Shown here: positions 22,601-35,212 of the stretch, in pieces | How the letters are laid out: every line of letters begins with the position of its first letter | Position numbering within the stretch: position 1 is the first letter of the stretch | From: Amphiscolops sp. MND2022 | Taxonomy: Eukaryota | DNA: 64,000 nucleotides | Direction: 5' to 3' | Assembly (NCBI GenBank): GCA_964187785.1 | Contig: OZ076414.1 | Location: forward strand, 47,864,001 to 47,928,000 | Notes under the pieces: generated by a model | What the model saw: only the letters and a program-made list of their open reading frames with translations | Databases searched by the model: none | What the model was told of the DNA's origin: nothing | Program-made: the position numbers and the translations under genes

Positions 22601-25600
22601 TCCTCTCTGATAGTCTTGCTGTAACTCTCTTTCAGTTGAGGATCTTTTCCAAGGCGGCGTTCTAACGACTTAAGTTGTACAAGAGCCGAGAAGTAGTTGT
22701 TCGGCAACGTACTTTCTTCGTCGGCCCACAACATTCCAACTTGGTAACGGCAGCCATCGTTGAATGTCGTCTCTTCGAGGATTTTCATCGCTCGCGCATC
22801 GGCTGCGGAGCGAGAGTCAACATGCTTGTAGGCACCATATGACTCCATGTCGTACCAGCTGCGAAGTCGTTCAGCAAGAATCGAATCGTTCTCTGAGATT
22901 GTGACAGCTTCGAAACAAGTCTAGAAAAGACCCGTGGTGGAAGGTAGCGGACCACTCAGTACCCAACCCAACGGTGAACGGACGGCTATTGGAGTATTCG
23001 GACGGTCGGCTTCGAAGTACTCCATTGGGCGGATACAGTGGAAGACATCCTGACCAAGGATCATCTCAACGTCTGAATAGCTGGACTTGCTGAGGGGGAT
23101 CGGTTCCAGATGCGGGTAAGTCGTTTTCAGTTTGTCAACGTCGATAATGTCGTTTCCAACTTTCAAATCGTCTCGGACGTAAGGAGTGACAGGAAAAGAT
23201 GAACAAGAGCCGCCCGAATGAACGGGTGTCAACTTAAGCTCAATCGTTTCCGTGTCAATCAGTTGTTGGGAGTTTATCCCATGTACGGTTAACTTAGTTG
23301 CTGAGCCTTTAACTTGTAGCTTGTCGGCTAACTTTCTCGAGATCCATGAATGACTACAAGCTGAGTCACATAGAGCAAGTATTTTAGCGGAGCTCGACGG
23401 CGATGTCAATTCGACTTCTGTTATTTGCAACAAACCTTTGACATCGGTTATGGAAGGCATGCTGGAGCTTTCGCTGTCTGTTTGTCTTTGACTGACCTTT
23501 GTCGTTTTATTTTGAGAACTTTTCGCGTCGCCGGAACTTTTCTGTGGAAAAATTCTGTCGGACCCGTGGAGTAAGGTGTTATGAGAGCTGCTACAGCCGT
23601 CTTTTGCGCAGTTTCTTGGTTGCGGGTATTGCCGGAAAGAATGTCCTTTGTTTAGGCAAGAAAAGCAAAGTTTGCTATCAGCGGCTAGCTTGGTTCTCTC
23701 TGTCGGAGTTTTCTGGCGGAACACTCTACAACGCCAAAGCGGGTGACTGTCCTTGCATGCTACACATTGTTTCTCACTTTTAACCTTGGTAGCAGCGTTC
23801 CCTTGGTTACTGGTGGTCGCCGCAAAAACCTTGTTCCTGTTTTTGTCTTGGTTACGGTAGTGACAGGAACTTCTTCGGATCTTGGTTTACTGGAGGCGGC
23901 TTTCATTCTTTCGTGTGCCTCTGCCTTCTCCTTTAGCCAATCGTTAAAGTGAATCAAATTCGTTCGATCCAGACTCCGTTTGACGGTGTTCATCGACCAC
24001 GCTTCCTTCAAATTTGGTGGAAGTTTTTGAACTGCTTTTTCCAGGAGAGAAGCACTCGACAGATCCTGCAGGTAGTTCAAGGATCTGAAAACACCAACCA
24101 GTGAGGAAACTGTGGCAGAATAGCTGATGATACTGTCGCTATTGTGCATCTTTACTGGCGGATAGTTGGCGAGTTTGTCGAGGTAGGCACTAACAACAGT
24201 CTGAGGTTGCCCAAATTTTCGTTCCAACGTTTTCAGCGCATCTTTGCACATAGTACCGCAGTATGCAAATTCGGCTATAGCAGTTTTTGCCTTACCGGAC
24301 ACCAGTGTCCTCAGGTAGGTCAGTTTCACGTCATCGGTAAGGGGCGCTGAATCGATGGCGCTCTTGAACTGGCCAAACCACTCGTGCCATTGAAGTGGGT
24401 CTCCCTTGTACTGGGCCAGTTTCCATTCAGGGAGGTGATCCCTTTTCGAGGACGCTAACAGTTGTGCAAGATCTTGGATAGTGAAACTGGTAGTAGCAGT
24501 GACGAATGGAGGAGTTGCCAATAGTATTGCTGTGGAAGGAACGGCCGGGAAAGTAGTCGGTACTGGTGCGCTGCTCGGTGCGGGCATAGTTGCAAGAGAC
24601 GTCGGGTTAATATAGTATACTGTTCCTCCAGCGGTGACTGGGATAACAGGCGAAGCTGTTGGAGCGACACTAGTAGCCGGTAAAACTGTCGGAAACACAG
24701 TGGCGCTCGAAGTTACGGGGGTTACTGTCACGGGCGGGTTACTTGGTCCTGTCGGAAACGTCCAGGCTGATAAATTCGGAAAAAATTGTTTGCGGGAACG
24801 GTGACTGTTGAAAGTGGAAATGACGTGGCGGTCGTCAGAGGGGCCGATGCTGTAGCAGTTACCGATGCAGCGTTTGTTCCCTGAGACGTTGTGGTCGATT
24901 GTGGAATTTCAGCCGGGCCAGTAGATGGTAGGTTAGTTATTGAACCTTGTCCCATAGCTAGTGGTATGTTGTTGATCGTTGGCGCAGCTGGAGGGGCGAT
25001 AGAAGTCACTACTGGGATACTAGGTGGAGGGTTAGTTGTGGGAGCTCCTCTGTTGACTGAATTTTGTGTTGCAGTAGTGACGATAACGGCGTTCGGTTGC
25101 AAACTTACAGCAACGTCTGCTTTAGTCGAAGCGGCTAGTTGTGAAACAGTGTCTAGAAGTTCCGATTGAGAGTCCGACAAGTCCTCAGTCAGTTCAAGCT
25201 CGGTCAAGGTTGCTTCAGCTCGTTTCTTTCGATTCTCTTCTTCTAACTGTTCTACTCGAAGAGCTTGTTCCTTCTTGAGTCGGTCGGTCCTCAGTCTGAG
25301 TAGTTCTTGTTCTTCCTGTAGACGTTCAAGTTCCAGTTCCTGCTGTTGCTTTGCAAATCTAAGGGCGGCTTCGTTTTGCCTTTCTATCTCCTCCTTACGT
25401 TGCTTAGCAATTAGCAAGTCTCGTTGCCGTTGACTGGATGTTCTCGATTGTCTAGATGTCCTTGAAGCTGACGTTTTGCTTGGTTGCTTTCTCCTGGTGA
25501 CAGTCGTTGACGATTGAGATGCTCCATCGACGGGCGGGCACTGATCGATGTAATCACGAGCCTTCTTTAAAATCTCATCGTTTCGAGTGGTCACTTCATT

Positions 25601-25855
25601 CAACCACGTTTCCAAATCTTGTTTAACAAGTGATGGGTCTTCTGTTTTGCCAGCGAATTCGAAAACTTGTTCATGTTTAGCAAACAATTTCGTCATCGCT
25701 TCGTCGCAGGAAGTAACAAGTCTTTCGACGCGGACACGTCTATCTTTGTTCTCCACGGCATCTTGAACTTTTTCTTGCAATCTTTGTAACTCGGTCTCAG
25801 CTTTGGCACGACTTTCGAAAAGTTTCCTAACTTTGTCTTGTCTGTTGTCGGTCAT
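19643..25855 (-). pseudogene. gag-pol: Bel/Pao gag-pol polyprotein (frameshifted)
   Basis: Gag core WHEWFGQFKSAID; Cys/His knuckles CFSCLNKGH..C..GC..H..LLH; protease ALCDSAC; RT SADIEGMFLQV..FYMDD; Pao RNase H LHMFGDSS..IPKLELQAA; integrase H..H..CVTC, GVDYFGP, SDNGTNF, WERLVRSFK; C-terminal GDLVWL. Confidence 0.95.
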
Positions 25856-26210
25856 CTTTGTCGTGATCTTTTGTTAGAGAATGAATCAAGGTAGTAAGGA
25901 AAGTGTTAAATCAAATAGATCGAGGAGTAACTTCTGCGACAGCGTCAACCAAGCAATTAAGCTTAAACACAGCTGAACGGAGAAATTTTGGGTTAACGGT
26001 AACGGTGTGTTTTGGATGATGGGAGCTGTATCTCACGATAACAGCAACAGTAGAGTAGTTTTGCGATTTTTTGTTTTTTAAAAGTAAGTACAAGACACAG
26101 GAAGAAGTTACATGGGACGAGACGATGATTTAAAAACACGCTCTTCCTGAAAGGCCAATGCTTCGTCCAATATTAAGTGCCCAAGGGGCGGAAGAAGGCC
26201 GAAAGAACTT

Positions 26211-26365
26211 CAACCAGACAATTAAGTCTGGACACTGTCCAAACGGCAGGAAGAAAGACGGGGAGTAGATTTCTGAGTATCAACCGGACAATTAGGTCCG
26301 GACACAACTCAAGAAGACGGTAAATTACTGTAGAAACTTCAACCGGACAATGAAGTCCGGACACC
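26211..26365. repeat. Three 25-bp hairpin repeats CAACC(G/A)GAC-N6-GTC(C/T)GGACAC in the Bel/Pao leader
   Basis: Copies at 26211, 26281, 26340; copy 1 shows a compensatory change (CCAGAC/GTCTGG). Confidence 0.85.
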
Positions 26366-26400
26366 GTAACTACAGTACAGTAAAGACGGATGAAGGGGGT

Positions 26401-27018
26401 CTAGGACGAAGCAGCGACGGCCGCTGCACTCTTGATTGCCTTTCGGGCGCGCTTACTAGGCCGCTTGGGGCGGCTTTTGTCGGTGATAGCGTCAAGCTCG
26501 CTCTCTTTTCTCAGAATAAAGTCAATATGCTTTATTTCAATCTCGGTGCTCTGGTGTAACGCCTTGAGTTTTTTAGGAAAGTCGGGATCTTTCTGTTTTC
26601 TCGTGGAAATGAAATCATCAACTATACTGAACACTTTAATATTGGTGGTTTTTTCAATTTCCTTCAATTTCGGTAAAATGTTCGGGGTACGGAATCGGTA
26701 ACAATACACTAGAGCCCGAAGTTTGTTTTCGGAAGATTTCAAAAAATCTAGCAATTGGGGAACGGTCAATGCTCGGTAATTATTGCTCTCGTGCTTAGAA
26801 ATGCTATTATTCAGCACATCATGCCAAATAATGATGTCAGTTGTTTCGGCAAGATCTTTAGAGAGCAGGTTTCGCACAATTTTTCGGGGATTTTTCGTGC
26901 TAGGGTTAAAGCTCAGGCCCGGAATTGAGAAAATTTTTGCGTTTTAGTCTTTTCGGTTTTCGGGGTTCAAGGTGTCAAGAGCATGATCAACGGAACTTGC
27001 CGCTACAATGAATGCCAT
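26401..27018 (-). pseudogene. Accessory ORF upstream of Bel/Pao gag, SGNH-hydrolase-like (205 aa, one nonsense codon)
   Basis: A single frame from ATG 27018: MAFIVAASSVDHAL..D*NAKIFSIPGLSF..IIIWHDVLNNS..LKALHQS. TAA at 26946-26944. Motif order resembles SGNH blocks I, II, III and V. Confidence 0.55.
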
Positions 27019-27852
27019 TAGGTTTTTTTTCGATGGGAATACGGAAAAGTTTTGCAAAATCCGATCAAAGATTTTTTTCGATACTTCTTGTGAAAGAAAG
27101 CAAATGCTTTATCAGAATTTTTTCGGGTTACATTAAAAAATTCCAAAATGGGTCATCGAAATTTTCAAATTGATCACTCGTGAAAATGCCTGAGTTTTTT
27201 TTTAACCAACTGGAACACGAAAAATGCAAAGCTGAAAATCAATCAGAAAGAGGTTTTGGAGAACGTTTTTGAATGTATGCAAAAACTAAGTTACTGTTTT
27301 CATATCACGGTAAAGGCCTTGCTTGATATACAGAGATACTAGTCTTGTAGAAAGACATTAGAGTTCGAGACTCGAAAATTGGATTGAGTTTTTGTTGTTT
27401 CAATCATAAAATAACCAGTTTTTTGTGGCTGTAGACGTTTGAGGGGCACACCAAATGAAGCCTTTTCCACTTGGAGACTTCACGCTTAGGGACCTGCACC
27501 TTCTTCACCAGTGGGGGGGGGTTTATTGGTACCTTCGGGGCTGGGGGGGAGGCTCCTCGACTGTGGGGTGGGTACCCTCTGCTGTGTGTGCGTGTGGGGT
27601 CACAGCACACTCGTCTGCGGAGTTCACCCTCGTCTGTGTTTGTGTGGGGGTACAGCATACTCGTCTGCGGGAGGCGCCCTCGGATGTGGGGGAAGCACCC
27701 TCGCTTGTGGGGGTTACCCTCGTGATTCCCTTGATTGAAGTTTTGAGATCTCCCAACAGTCAAGAAGCTGTTCCCAGTAATCATGGATATACTACTAATA
27801 ACTTGTGAAGTTAAGAGAATACAAATTGGGAAAGGCCTCTCTATGGCCACCA

Positions 27853-28255
27853 TGAAATAACTATAGATTTAAAGGCTTTCTCTATAGATCGTTTTCAAAA
27901 ACAGAAGCAGTAAATACTTGATTTTTTGAGGCCAATTTCTATCAAGTTTCGAATCCACAATGATGACAAAGCAATCGAAATATTATATGTAAAGCGGTCA
28001 AAAGAACGAAATAATTAAATAATATTTGACAACAATTACAAACAGCAGCAACACAAATAGCAAGGCCTTTTCTCAAGGTTACTTTACTGAAATCAAGAAA
28101 AAATATTTAGATCTTATTTCCGAAACAGGAAATACTTTACCTGTCCGGGAATCGAACCTAGGCCGGTCGAATACCGGCCTTGTATTCTACCGCTAGGCCA
28201 AGCTACCTAGGAACGATTCTTATTTGCTTTTATTCTTATCAATTGCTTGTCAACA
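27853..28255 (-). repeat. Bel/Pao 5' LTR
   Basis: ~97% identical by eye to 18994-19401. Confidence 0.95.
28138..28207 (-). ncRNA. tRNA-like Pol III cassette in the Bel/Pao 5' LTR
   Basis: Identical to 19279-19348; T6 run ~35-40 nt downstream on the minus strand (plus-strand A6 at 28098-28103). Confidence 0.55.
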
Positions 28256-28951
28256 GGTATTATATGTAACGATGGTATGACACCATCATCATAGATTCAA
28301 TTTGTATCAACCAACGCAATACTAAAGTGATAGATGATTCATGTAACCATGGTAACATATCGGCGCTATCTTTTGTACCAAACGCCATTTACATTGCTAC
28401 CAGCAGGACGCACCAATTAACACTTAATCAATAGCGCAATACCATTGGTCAATGCAGTCACGTGACCACCCTTAGTGAAAATTGCGACAAGGGTTGAAAT
28501 ACGTTCAGTACACCTTGCCATAAGCTAACGTAGTGTTACTTACCTCACCAACTTACATAAAATTTGATATTTACATTTTCAACTTGATCAATAAACTTTT
28601 AAACAACAATTCCTTCCGAAGATTCCAACATGGTTAATACCAGATCTCAAAACGTAGATAGTTACGCAGCATGTTCCAGTGGAATAGAACAAAACAGTGA
28701 CAACGAGATCGAGTATAGTTTCCCTAACACGTTATCACGAAATCAGATGAACGGATTCGAGAATGGAGATATAATCAACGGTAGACACAATTCCAACTTA
28801 AGTTCAGTCGACCAACGTTTCATGGAGATGAACAGACAAATCAGTGATTTAACAAGTATTGTGTTGGCCCTTACCGAGAAAATTTCATCATCGACAACTG
28901 AATGTAGCGGACTTAACACCGTTACTAATACGAACGTGACTCGTTCTGACA

Positions 28952-28964
28952 TGGTGACAGGAGT
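28952..28964 (+). promoter_or_regulatory. Primer-binding site (tRNA-Leu-like)
   Basis: TGGTGACAGGAGT immediately after the LTR-terminal CA; one mismatch from the Leu-tRNA-type TGGTGTCAGGAGT. Same sequence in element B at 48752. Confidence 0.7.
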
Positions 28965-30232
28965 CTCCACTAACTCAAGCCCGACTCCAAATCTCCAACA
29001 GCCACGCAGGACCCTCCCAACCCCTGCAACTCACCAGACCAGAGATCGTGCACCACCCACCAACGAACCTCAAGTGGATGACGTATTGACCGAGATACAT
29101 AATCTACGAACAACAATAACTGACGGAGTGATACAGCCCAAAATCCTCCAAACTCAAGTACCTCTCTCCCGCGGAAACCGAGAAAAGTACAACGAATTCG
29201 TTCATCTACTGAAGAACCACCTCCGCCCGCACATGAATAAACTGACAGAAGAGCAGAAACTAAAATATTTTCAGAGCCTGCTCAGAGACGAAGCCGTAGA
29301 ATTCTGGCAGACACTAAAAATCACAACAGAAGCGACACTCCAAGACGTCCTGCAAGCATTCAACAAGGAGTATGCGAAGGAAGACCTCAAAGAGGTATCG
29401 AAGTATAAATTCGACCAGATGAGGTATGACCCCACGAAGGAGTTGTTTGCTGACTTCCTCTGACTAAATACAAGAGTCGTTTGCTGACTAAATACAAGAA
29501 ACTCGCTAAACAAGCATACGGAGATAAAGCCAACGACATAGCTGAGTCATTTTTGTTTGCTAAACTACCGATCCAGATTCAAAATGAACTCGCCATGGCA
29601 GGCAAACACGATGCTAAGGTTGAAGAGATCAAGACGTTCGTGCAACGTCGTTTCCAAAATGCACAACTGCTTCCAGGCACTTCGGACATGCAACCACTCA
29701 ACCAAGTCTACAACTACCAACCCAAACAACAGAACGCTCAGCCGGCCCCCAACAACAATACCACTGAAAAGATTGCCACAAGGGAAGTCAAACGAAGGTT
29801 CAAAGGAAATTGCAGATACTGCAACATACTGGGCCACAAGTGGATTGAATGCCGCAAACGTCTCAGGGATGAAGCCAACGGGATAACCAAGAAAACACAA
29901 CAACGTCCTCAAACTGGAAACACCAATGCTCAACAACAGCAGGCCGAAAAACCACGATTTAACTCCAAACTAGTATGTCAAATTTGCGGAAAAGTTGGAC
30001 ATTCCGCACGAGACTGCAGGGACAGAGTCCCAAGTGCATCGGCTTACCGAAATATACCATATGACAAGCAGTCCACCAATGAGAATCGCGAATTCCGCCG
30101 TGAGTTCAAACAATCGCAGAACATTTACCAGCCAACCTACTAAGTCACGCAGGCGACAAACCAGCTTACCCAAGCAGAAGAAGACAACGACTGCTACGAC
30201 ATGGATTACAATGATGAATTCGACCAGAATTC

Positions 30233-30239
30233 AAAAAAC
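30233..30239 (+). promoter_or_regulatory. -1 ribosomal frameshift slippery heptamer A AAA AAC (gag-pol), element A
   Basis: In the gag frame, one codon before TAA; the -1 frame reads KKLVMPRHP. Same arrangement in B at 49954-49960. Confidence 0.8.
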
Positions 30240-33200
30240 TTGTAATGCCACGTCATCCTCCATCCAACCAAACAGAAAATGCGAGCAACAAACAACTAAC
30301 TCAAACTCACTACAACTCGAAAACTACAACGACAGGATGTTGGCAGCGTCCTATGAAAAACATACTAAACCGTCGACGAAATACTATGTACACAAAGTCT
30401 CTCACAATAACTACCATATACTTCCTCTCACTGACGACGACCCCAATTGTACAACGAAAGACTGCATTCCGAAAGAAAACCCGCCTAAACCACAACGAAG
30501 CGAAGATGTCGACCCGGCTAGAACCAAAAACCCACACCGCAAGCCGGATGAACTGAATGACAACACCAAACGGGGGAACTCACTGAAGCCAACAAACATC
30601 AGACCATTGAGCGCTACACTCCAACTCGACAGAAGAAACAAGATGCTCTACGTCCCTCTTCAATTCCGAGAGTACGAAAATGAAGGACTGCTAGACACCG
30701 GAGCAATCCAGAGTGCGATGTCTGAGAATGAGCTACGCCGCATCCTACAAGCTCACCCAGCAGCCCAGTTAGAAGAATATCCAGCACCGGACTTCAAAGT
30801 CCAAATTGCCAACGGAAACATCGTCCCTGTGAGAAAACAGGTACTGCTCCGCTTTTTCATAGGAGGGAAAATATTCGAGGAAACATTCATGATCTTACAA
30901 ACAATGGGAAACATCCTCATCGGAATGTCTTTCTTTAAAAAAAAACTCCGTGACGCTGGACCTTGCAAATAACAATGTGCGATTCCCGGAAATAACCCTC
31001 CAACTAAAACCGCCAAATGGGAAATTCAGACTGCAGATGTTGGAGCTCCGGACGACCCAGAAAACAACCATCTCACCCGGACAACAAATCTTTGTGCATG
31101 CTACAACGGACAAGAATATTGGAACAGTGACAGGAACGATAGAGGCGTTCCCAGCCTTTGAACGAAAAACAGAATTATTAGTGTCCCCATCAATGTCCGA
31201 AATCAAGGACCAACAGACTTACGTCCAAATCACCAATCACATGGACCACACAATTACGGTACCCCAGCATTGCACAGTCGCAGTCTTCCGATTACTTACG
31301 CCTAACCAAGCCAAAAACTTCCAGCCAATGACTAACGAACAACTGGCACTAATCACTAAATTCCCTGACGAAGCCTCCAATGTAATCAATCAGCTGTTCC
31401 AGAATCCAAGTGCCACAAATGACAAACGGTGGTACCCTACCCCTGAAACATGTGATGATCCTGACAAACTAAATAAAATAGAAAGACGCATTTACGACGA
31501 AATCACCAACTTCGAGAAGCTGAAAAGCTCAACCCAACACGCGACGACAAACAGCGTCAGGCGTTCCTCAAAAATTTTTGCTGCGACGACTGGATCCTCA
31601 CCGAACACGAACAACAGTGGATCGAAGCACTGCTTGTCAAATATCAAACGATATTTGCGAGGCATCGTCTTGATATCGGCATCAACACCGATTTTAAGAT
31701 CAAATTGACCCCCAAACACGATGATTCTGTGTACGCCCAGAGCCTGCCTACCCCCACAAATTTGAAAGGTGACCTGCTGGTTGAACTGGCCCTGATGTAG
31801 GAGTACGGGATTATCACAACGTTGCCGTACAGCAAATATTCCTCACCAATATTTGCACAACGAAAACCCAACAGAAATCTTCGGATATTAGTCGACTTGA
31901 GGCGAATCAACCACCACGTCAAGAACGACTATAACAAACACAACCACCCAGTTACAACAATTGCCGATGTAGCCCAACACATGGCCGGCAAGAAGTATTT
32001 TTGCAAGCTTGACTGTTCACAAGCTTACCACTGCCTCCAAATGGCTGACGAACAGTCAATACAACTTCTGGCATTTAATTTTGGCAGCAGAGCCTTTGCA
32101 TACCTTCGACTTGCGCAAGGGCTGAACAGGTCCTTTTCTGCGTTCAACAGCACAATCCGTGAATACCTGGACACACTAGTAAAAGCGGACAAATGTGCCC
32201 AGTATGTCGATGACATTGGGATTGCTGCCAACAATGTGGACGAACTGGTACTCAACATCGAAGCAGTATTTCAACAAATACAGAAGGCAGGACTGAAGCT
32301 GTCGATGTCCAAATGCGCCTTTGGCCACCCGAAGATTGAATTCTTGGGCAGAAGCATCACTACCTAAGGGATCGCACCGCGTGAGGACAAGATCGACAAA
32401 TTCCTCAACAACTTGAAACTACCAACGTCAGTCAAAACACTGCAACGCTACATCGGGTTTGTACAGTTCTACAGACAGTACATACCGATGTTGGCAGAAA
32501 AGCTCGTACCTCTGTACAAGTTACTACAGAAAGACTCAAGTCAAGTTCGCCCTGACACAGGATCACAAGGACGCAATCTTCGACATCAATCAGAACCTGG
32601 CACGGGCTGCTAAACTGTCTCTTCGACTACCGCTGCCAGACAAACAGCTAGTCATCATGTGCGACGCGAGCGAACACGCAGCAGGGTACGTGCTCCTCAT
32701 TGAAGACTACACCGAAGCCAATGATGGACAGAAGAAGACATACGCCCCAGTAGCATTTGGCTCGCAACGATTCACTGAAGGTCAAATGTCATTGACCATG
32801 TATGCTAAAGAATTCCTCCCAATGCGCTTCGCCTTCGACGAATTTGCTCACATACCGTGGGGAGTCAAAATTCCACAATTGTGATGACGGACAACAAAGC
32901 ACTGACCCGCTTTTTCCAGTCGAAGCGAATCCCACCCAAGCTGTGGAACCATTGCGACCAAGCACCGCAGTTTGATTTTGTTCCCGCTCACGTCCCTGGA
33001 GTCGATAATCCTGCAGCAGATTACTTGTCAAAACTCGATATAAACCATGAGGACAGGATACACTTGAAATTGAACGACCAGATCCCAGTCCACCACATCG
33101 AGATAGATCTTGCGGTCAAAACCCCAAAGCAGGACGATGACGAGGAAGACTACGACCCTGACCAACAGCAACCCGACGTGACGACAACCACTACACCAAA

Positions 33201-35212
33201 CCAACCCGAGACCGCTGCTCCCACTGACGACTTCGCAAAAATGCAGTCTTTGCTAAATTCCCTGGCGAGCAACCACCATCAACATGACGATGAACAAAAT
33301 GATTCAGCTCATCAGCGAGCACCTTGAACCAGTTCTGGCAGGCGACGCCCCTTCCAGCATACTAACGAGGTTTACCAGACGTCATCACCCCAACTCGGTA
33401 AATCAAGTATGCCCACACGGGGATTCACAAATTATTCAGGACCAGTTAGGTAATCAGGACGTCCAAAAAATGGTTGGCATTCTAACGAACAACGAACCAC
33501 TGCCAAGCCACGTTACCTTTACCAGTTCTTTTTTTCCAAAAACTTGTAAAAAACAGAAAACGACTTGAGGTTGTCAACAAGGTTTTGTATAGGAACTTTT
33601 TTGATAACACTGGCAGAATTCTACTTAAACGAATTGTAGTACCTCCAGAAACTACTATGCCCATAATCAGGACAATGCATGGCGACCCCTTGCAGGGACA
33701 CCCTGGGGCATCAAAAATGTGGGTAGAACTCCGCAAGCGTTATTACATACCAAACGCGAGTGAACACGTGTCGAAGTACGTAAGTAACTGTATTGAGTGC
33801 ATGAAAGCCAAACCTGTTAACCCGAAACGACTAACGCCTCCTCTGGAAAAGGTCTACGACCCTTGCAACGGTCCGGAAGACGTACTGGAAATCGATTTGG
33901 TAGGCGAGCTACCTAATTCAAATGGATATACGCACATCCTGACGGCGTGCGACTACTTCTCGCGTTATCTGTTCGCGGTACCGATCCGAAAACCAGACGC
34001 GATATCCGTGGTGAAAGCACTCATGCAGATATTCACCCAACACGCCTACGTCCCGAAGACAATTATCACTGACAAAGGTACAGCTTTCACATCCAGCATC
34101 ATGACTGAAATAATGAAAACAGCCGGAATCAAGATCCACCACGCTACTGTAAAGCATGCCCAAACCATAGGGATGGTGGAACGTTCCCACCATAAACTGA
34201 AACAGATTCTGAAAATTAACGTTTCCGCTGACTCCCCACAATGGGATAGGTACGTTAACCTTGCAGTATTGGCACATAACACAACCTACCACCAATCATT
34301 CAAGTGTACTCCAAGCGAAGTCTTCCACGGTAGGATTCCGTTCAACGCACTAGACCTCAAATTCGGCAACCCCCTGAAGTGTGAGACTACGGAAACTGAC
34401 ATAACGAGACTAGTTGACCAAGTGAATGAGAATTACCGACAAGTGAACGACAACATACTGCAAGCGTACCATAAGTACAAAAAGTACTACGACCGCACAG
34501 CTCAAGCGTTACCATTAAAAGTCAACGACTTCACCTTCCTGCTTAATCCCAAACTCACAACACAGTCCGACAAGATTAACTTCAGTGACTTCAAATGGGA
34601 AGGCCCTTTCAAAGTAATTAAAGTCCTAACAAACTTTAACTACATAATCAGGGAAGTCGGCACTTTCCGAACGCAGTGCGTGCATAGGATGCGACTACGT
34701 CCTTTCACACCGAACGCACCAATACCGGACATTGAAGAAGACTCAAATCGCTTGTTCGGTGACCCTGACACGGCCGGGCCGATGATCAAGCGCTCTTCAA
34801 TGACCAAATACCTCAACATCCTCACATCGAACCGGCACCAGAAATAGTAGACCACGAAGAATTCGACAACGAACATGGCTTCATTTATTATGAGCACGTG
34901 CGGAAATTACGTGATCAAACACTTCCGCAACCAATTCCCGAAAGTCCACCCGAAATCTGTGAGCAAACTTATGACAACTCAGCCGCTCATAACGATACAC
35001 ACAACGAATCTGCTACCGGAACAAATGAATCTGTTACTGAACATACCACGACAACTCACAACGAGCACAACCACACAACGTCGCGTAACAACGCAACACG
35101 GTACAACCTCCGAACTGAGCAGCAACCGGAAACCTATCAAGAATTCTTAGTCCACGAACTCCGAGTCAAACCTGCTTTGCTAAAATTCATGCAAGTCAGA
35201 CCCGCCAACTAA
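30233..35212 (+). pseudogene. pol: Gypsy A pol (PR-RT-RNase H-integrase), multiple lesions
   Basis: LLDTGA; FCKLDCSQAY..QYVDD; VIMCDASEHAAG..MTDNKAL; H..PLQGHPG..CIEC, IDLVG, TDKGTAF, GMVERSH. Confidence 0.95.

Larger units (their letters stand above)
18994..28255 (-). mobile_element. Complete but decayed Bel/Pao LTR retrotransposon
   Basis: LTRs 18994-19401 and 27853-28255 (TG..CA on the minus strand); 5-bp TSD GGTAT; PBS TGGTGGCCATAGAGAGG next to the right LTR; Bel/Pao gag-pol motifs. Confidence 0.97.
28630..30245 (+). pseudogene. gag: Gypsy A gag (starts inside the LTR; stops and a frameshift)
   Basis: ORFs 28630-29463 and 29481-30143; two CCHC knuckles CRYCNILGHKWIEC and CQICGKVGHSARDC; ends SKNL* after A-AAA-AAC. 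Confidence 0.92.

Noticed and set aside
26211-26365. Repeat-spacer pattern resembling a CRISPR array
   Set aside because: Only three repeats, spacers share motifs (AAGACGG), the context is a eukaryotic retrotransposon leader and no cas genes are present.
27404-27853. 149-aa ORF starting at the Bel/Pao LTR/PBS junction
   Set aside because: The ATG arises automatically from CA|TGG, and the GC-rich repetitive region is open in several frames.
34640-35212. Chromodomain at the integrase C-terminus
   Set aside because: Only a low-complexity tail with an RYNLR-type motif; no aromatic-cage pattern visible in A or B.
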